Program-made: the position numbers and the translations under genes
Assembly (NCBI GenBank): GCA_047495785.1
Contig: JBLDXI010000031.1
Coordinates: 248,001-312,000 of the forward strand
DNA length: 64,000 bases
Source of the DNA: Lepidodermella squamata
Lineage: Eukaryota; Animalia; Gastrotricha
Reading direction: 5' to 3'
Shown: positions 60,901 through 64,000 of the stretch, piece by piece
Position numbering within the stretch: position 1 is the stretch's first letter
Layout: every line of letters begins with the position of its first letter
Notes under the pieces: generated by a model
What the model was told of the DNA's origin: nothing
Database searches by the model: none
The model's input: only the letters and a program-made list of their open reading frames with translations

Positions 60901-61351
60901 ATAAAAGTAACGACTGTAAATAGTCAATTTCAGGAGGGTGTGGAAACCTTTTTACCGAAACAAAATCGAAAAATTTCTCGCTACGCACGTTTCATGGGTT
61001 AAAATCATAGCTAACTTTCCCCCATGCCGAGCAAACGTTACTGATTTCGTGAGCGAGCGTAGCGAGCGAGCGCAATTTTTGTGTTGCTCAATATTAGGAA
61101 CACACCAGCTCGAAAATCCTACTTCGCACACTGCTCGGAAAATACAGATTCGCTTGTCTAGTCTGACGAAGGATCTTGCAGAACAAATTCTTAAATAAGA
61201 TATCGATTTTTCTAATTAAAAATTCGGATGGGTCCATCAAAGTTCGAAATTTCGAAATTGATTACTTATTGATTGTATTTTGAAAATATACCGGATAAGC
61301 GGAATTTTATACCGAAATTTCGATTTCATGATCTTCTAAGAAATATTCTAA

Positions 61352-62099
61352 AGTATGCGTAATATTTTTTTTGCATCGCATTTTTTCAATAACTTTTCAA
61401 CCATGAGGAATGTTTTAAAGTGGTTTTCACCAGTCGATAGATCTAGTCTGCGGTAAACTTTCCTCAAATTTTCATTTGAATTGGGTGCGAGAGAAAAAAT
61501 TGGTGACGAAAATTCTGTCCGCGATTTTTATTGAAAATTCTCATTTTTGAAAAATGGCATTTTACAGGATTTGAGGTTGGAAGACATCATCCTGTTGAAC
61601 GGCTTTATCGGAATTTTTTTTAGCAGGGAATTAGGTCAATAACGCGCTGTCAACAAGGAAATTCGACTTAGCGGCCACAAAGAAGGTCTTATCCACCAAC
61701 CGCGATCCGAAATGAATTTTCGGAATTTTGTGAATGATTTGTGCCAATTTTATGAAGCCTTCAGTTTTGGATGGTTGTACAATGTTTTTTCAGGAATCGG
61801 TGACGTAGATCCATTACGGACCATCCTCTCAAAAAAACTTGAAGCCTCTGGCAAGAGAGACCATCAATTCAGACCAAATAAGATGCAAAAATAGCATTTT
61901 TCAAAAATGAGAATTTTCAATAAAAATCGCGGACAGAATTTTCGTCACCAATTTTTTCTCTCGCACCCAATTCAAATGAAAATTTGAGGAAAGTTTACCG
62001 CAGACTAGATCTATCGACTGGTGAAAACCACTTTAAAACATTCCTCATGGTTGAAAAGTTATTGAAAAAATGCGATGCAAAAAAAATATTACGCATACT
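61352..62099. mobile_element. Kolobok-like MITE with long TIRs
   Basis: 205-bp inverted arms 61352-61556 and 61895-62099; AG...CT termini; flanks CTAA and TTAA. Confidence 0.75.
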
Positions 62100-62713
62100 T
62101 TAAATGGGCGTAGTGATCGACGGTATTTAGGCTAAGAAATTTTATCTCCACTAAATTATATTTATCGGTAAAATTAATTTTATTTTAAGAGTTAGAGATA
62201 AAAATAATTTTATTCTAGACTTCTGACCCCATTCCGATTGTTGCGTTGCCTGAAAATGTCCCTTTTTAACCCGGATTGTCCTGGTTTCGAGTTCAGATCA
62301 ATACAAAACAAAACTAATATTTTTATTTTATTCTCTGGGAGGTTCAAGCTAAAAATATTTTGCGAAGCTCCAGAATTAGCCATAAATGCCGGTTTTGTTA
62401 AAATTACTAAAGGGGAATATTAGGTTGAATAAAATTTAGCAGCTAAAATTTGATAAAAAATCAAGTTAAATTAAAAAAACGTGTCAGGTTTTTGATTTGC
62501 TACTGTTGCGTCACAATAATGTGAACTTTGGACTCATTTTGAATTTTGAAGAGGACATTCAATCGGGTTATTCATTTTCGAAAAGCAAGCGAAAATGAAG
62601 CTCTTCAACCCTTTAGCTACCATCACGTCGTAACACGTGATCCGGGTATCTGTTACCGGTCCGGTCAAAAATTCACTTCTTTGCATAACATGAACAAACA
62701 CGTTACACTTGAC

Positions 62714-63703
62714 CATAGACATAATATCAGTATAGACTGTCTACTCATGAGAAAGGGGGTGTAACGCCATGGGCGCCAGATGGCCTGCTGATTCATGAAT
62801 TTCTTGGAGGCCAAAAATCGGAAAATTCAAAATTTCCTCCATTGATTTCTTGGCGATGAAAGGTGGCATTAGAAAGAACCAAATGCCTGATAGATCTCTT
62901 CAAGAGGAACACAGTGATATTTTTTACTTAATTTTAAAAATGAAGGAACTGATCAAAAATGAGGAAATATTATTTTGTTTTCGGAAATAACCCATGACAA
63001 CGGCTTCAAAAAAAGTTGAATTGAACGACTTTTTGAGGAAAATAGACTCTTCATAGCAAGAGCTACCTTTTGATACTTGGAGCGACCTTGGATAATTTTT
63101 TCCTGATTTTCAGGGAATTTCGAAAATCTCCAGCAGTGGTATTTGCATTGATTCTTAAGATTGACCCTGCGCTGAATTATTTCCAACTGCGCCATGTGCT
63201 TCCGTCACACGTGCTCACACAAAGGTTCAGGGTAGAATCTTCAGTTATTTTTCGTAATTTTTGCATTGTTTTTTCTGGTCTGAATTCTTTAAAATTCCCA
63301 GAAAATCAGTAAAAAATCATCCAAGATCGCTCCAAGTATCAAAGTGTGGATCTCAATTTAACCTATTTGGACCATGCAAAAACTGGTTCAATTTCGACCT
63401 AAATAATGGAATTAATTGCTTTTATATGAAACGCCGAGTCCATTTTTTTCAAGATTAGAGTAAGTTACTAAGCTGTGAAAAATTCGAAAAAATAACAGTT
63501 GTGTTCAGCGTAATTTAAACTATTTCGAACCATCAACCAATCGTTCGGAAAAATCAAAAGGGCCCTGGAACCAAGAAGAAAAGAATCGAATATTTTCGAT
63601 TTTTGGCCTCCAAGAAATTGATGAATCAGCAGGCCATCTGGCGCCCATGGCGTTACACCCCCTTTCTCGAGAGTAGACAGTCTATACTGATATTATGTCT
63701 ATG
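62714..63703. mobile_element. P-element/hAT-like MITE
   Basis: About 105-bp TIR beginning CATAGACATAATATCAG; perfect 8-bp TSD CACTTGAC (62706-62713 and 63704-63711); inner inverted repeat near 63072 and 63292. Confidence 0.88.
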
Positions 63704-64000
63704 CACTTGACCCGTGTTCACGCTAAATGTCATCTGTTAACCCCGTTATTTATTCGAAAAATGGGTCCAAAGATCACTCGCAAAACATGTGTCAAGTTTA
63801 GGCCTCTTTTACATAATTTATAGAAAATCAAGGTGAGCTCATAAAGATTGATGAAAAAATACAGGTAGCCGCTGGATACTAATATGAAGCCCCAGGAATT
63901 TCCCTGGAATTTTCAAAGTTCACCTTGATTTTTGAAAAAATTCTGAAAATCGGCCTCGTTTGTCGACCGTGAGTAATCAAGTGATTTGTGGTAGCTACCA

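Overview
Eukaryotic (invertebrate-like animal) genomic DNA with very short GT-AG introns (mostly 46-74 bp). Bases 1-27.6 kb are a compact cluster of secreted or membrane genes, mostly in paralogous pairs: two intronless GABA-B-like class C GPCRs, two receptors with a WSC domain nested inside a C-type lectin domain, a cystatin and a triple-I29 cysteine-protease inhibitor, two alpha-amylases and two GT25/COLGALT-like glycosyltransferases. Bases 28-64 kb are nested transposon debris (MULE-, Harbinger-, P/hAT-, Kolobok- and Tc1/mariner-like non-autonomous elements, LINE and Gypsy fragments) around one orphan 4-exon secreted Cys/Thr-rich gene. The main discovery is a 12.7-kb element (46809-59550) bounded by inverted termini and CCCGCA subterminal arrays. 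It encodes a spliced tyrosine recombinase (R-K-xxR-H-Y) together with PB1-like, Myb/SANT-like, KH-like and C2HC zinc-finger modules. The ORF track misses this gene because a 7.3-kb satellite-carrying MITE splits it; removing the MITE restores the reading frame. A non-autonomous relative and a third end fragment lie nearby. All calls were made by eye; no database searches were run.
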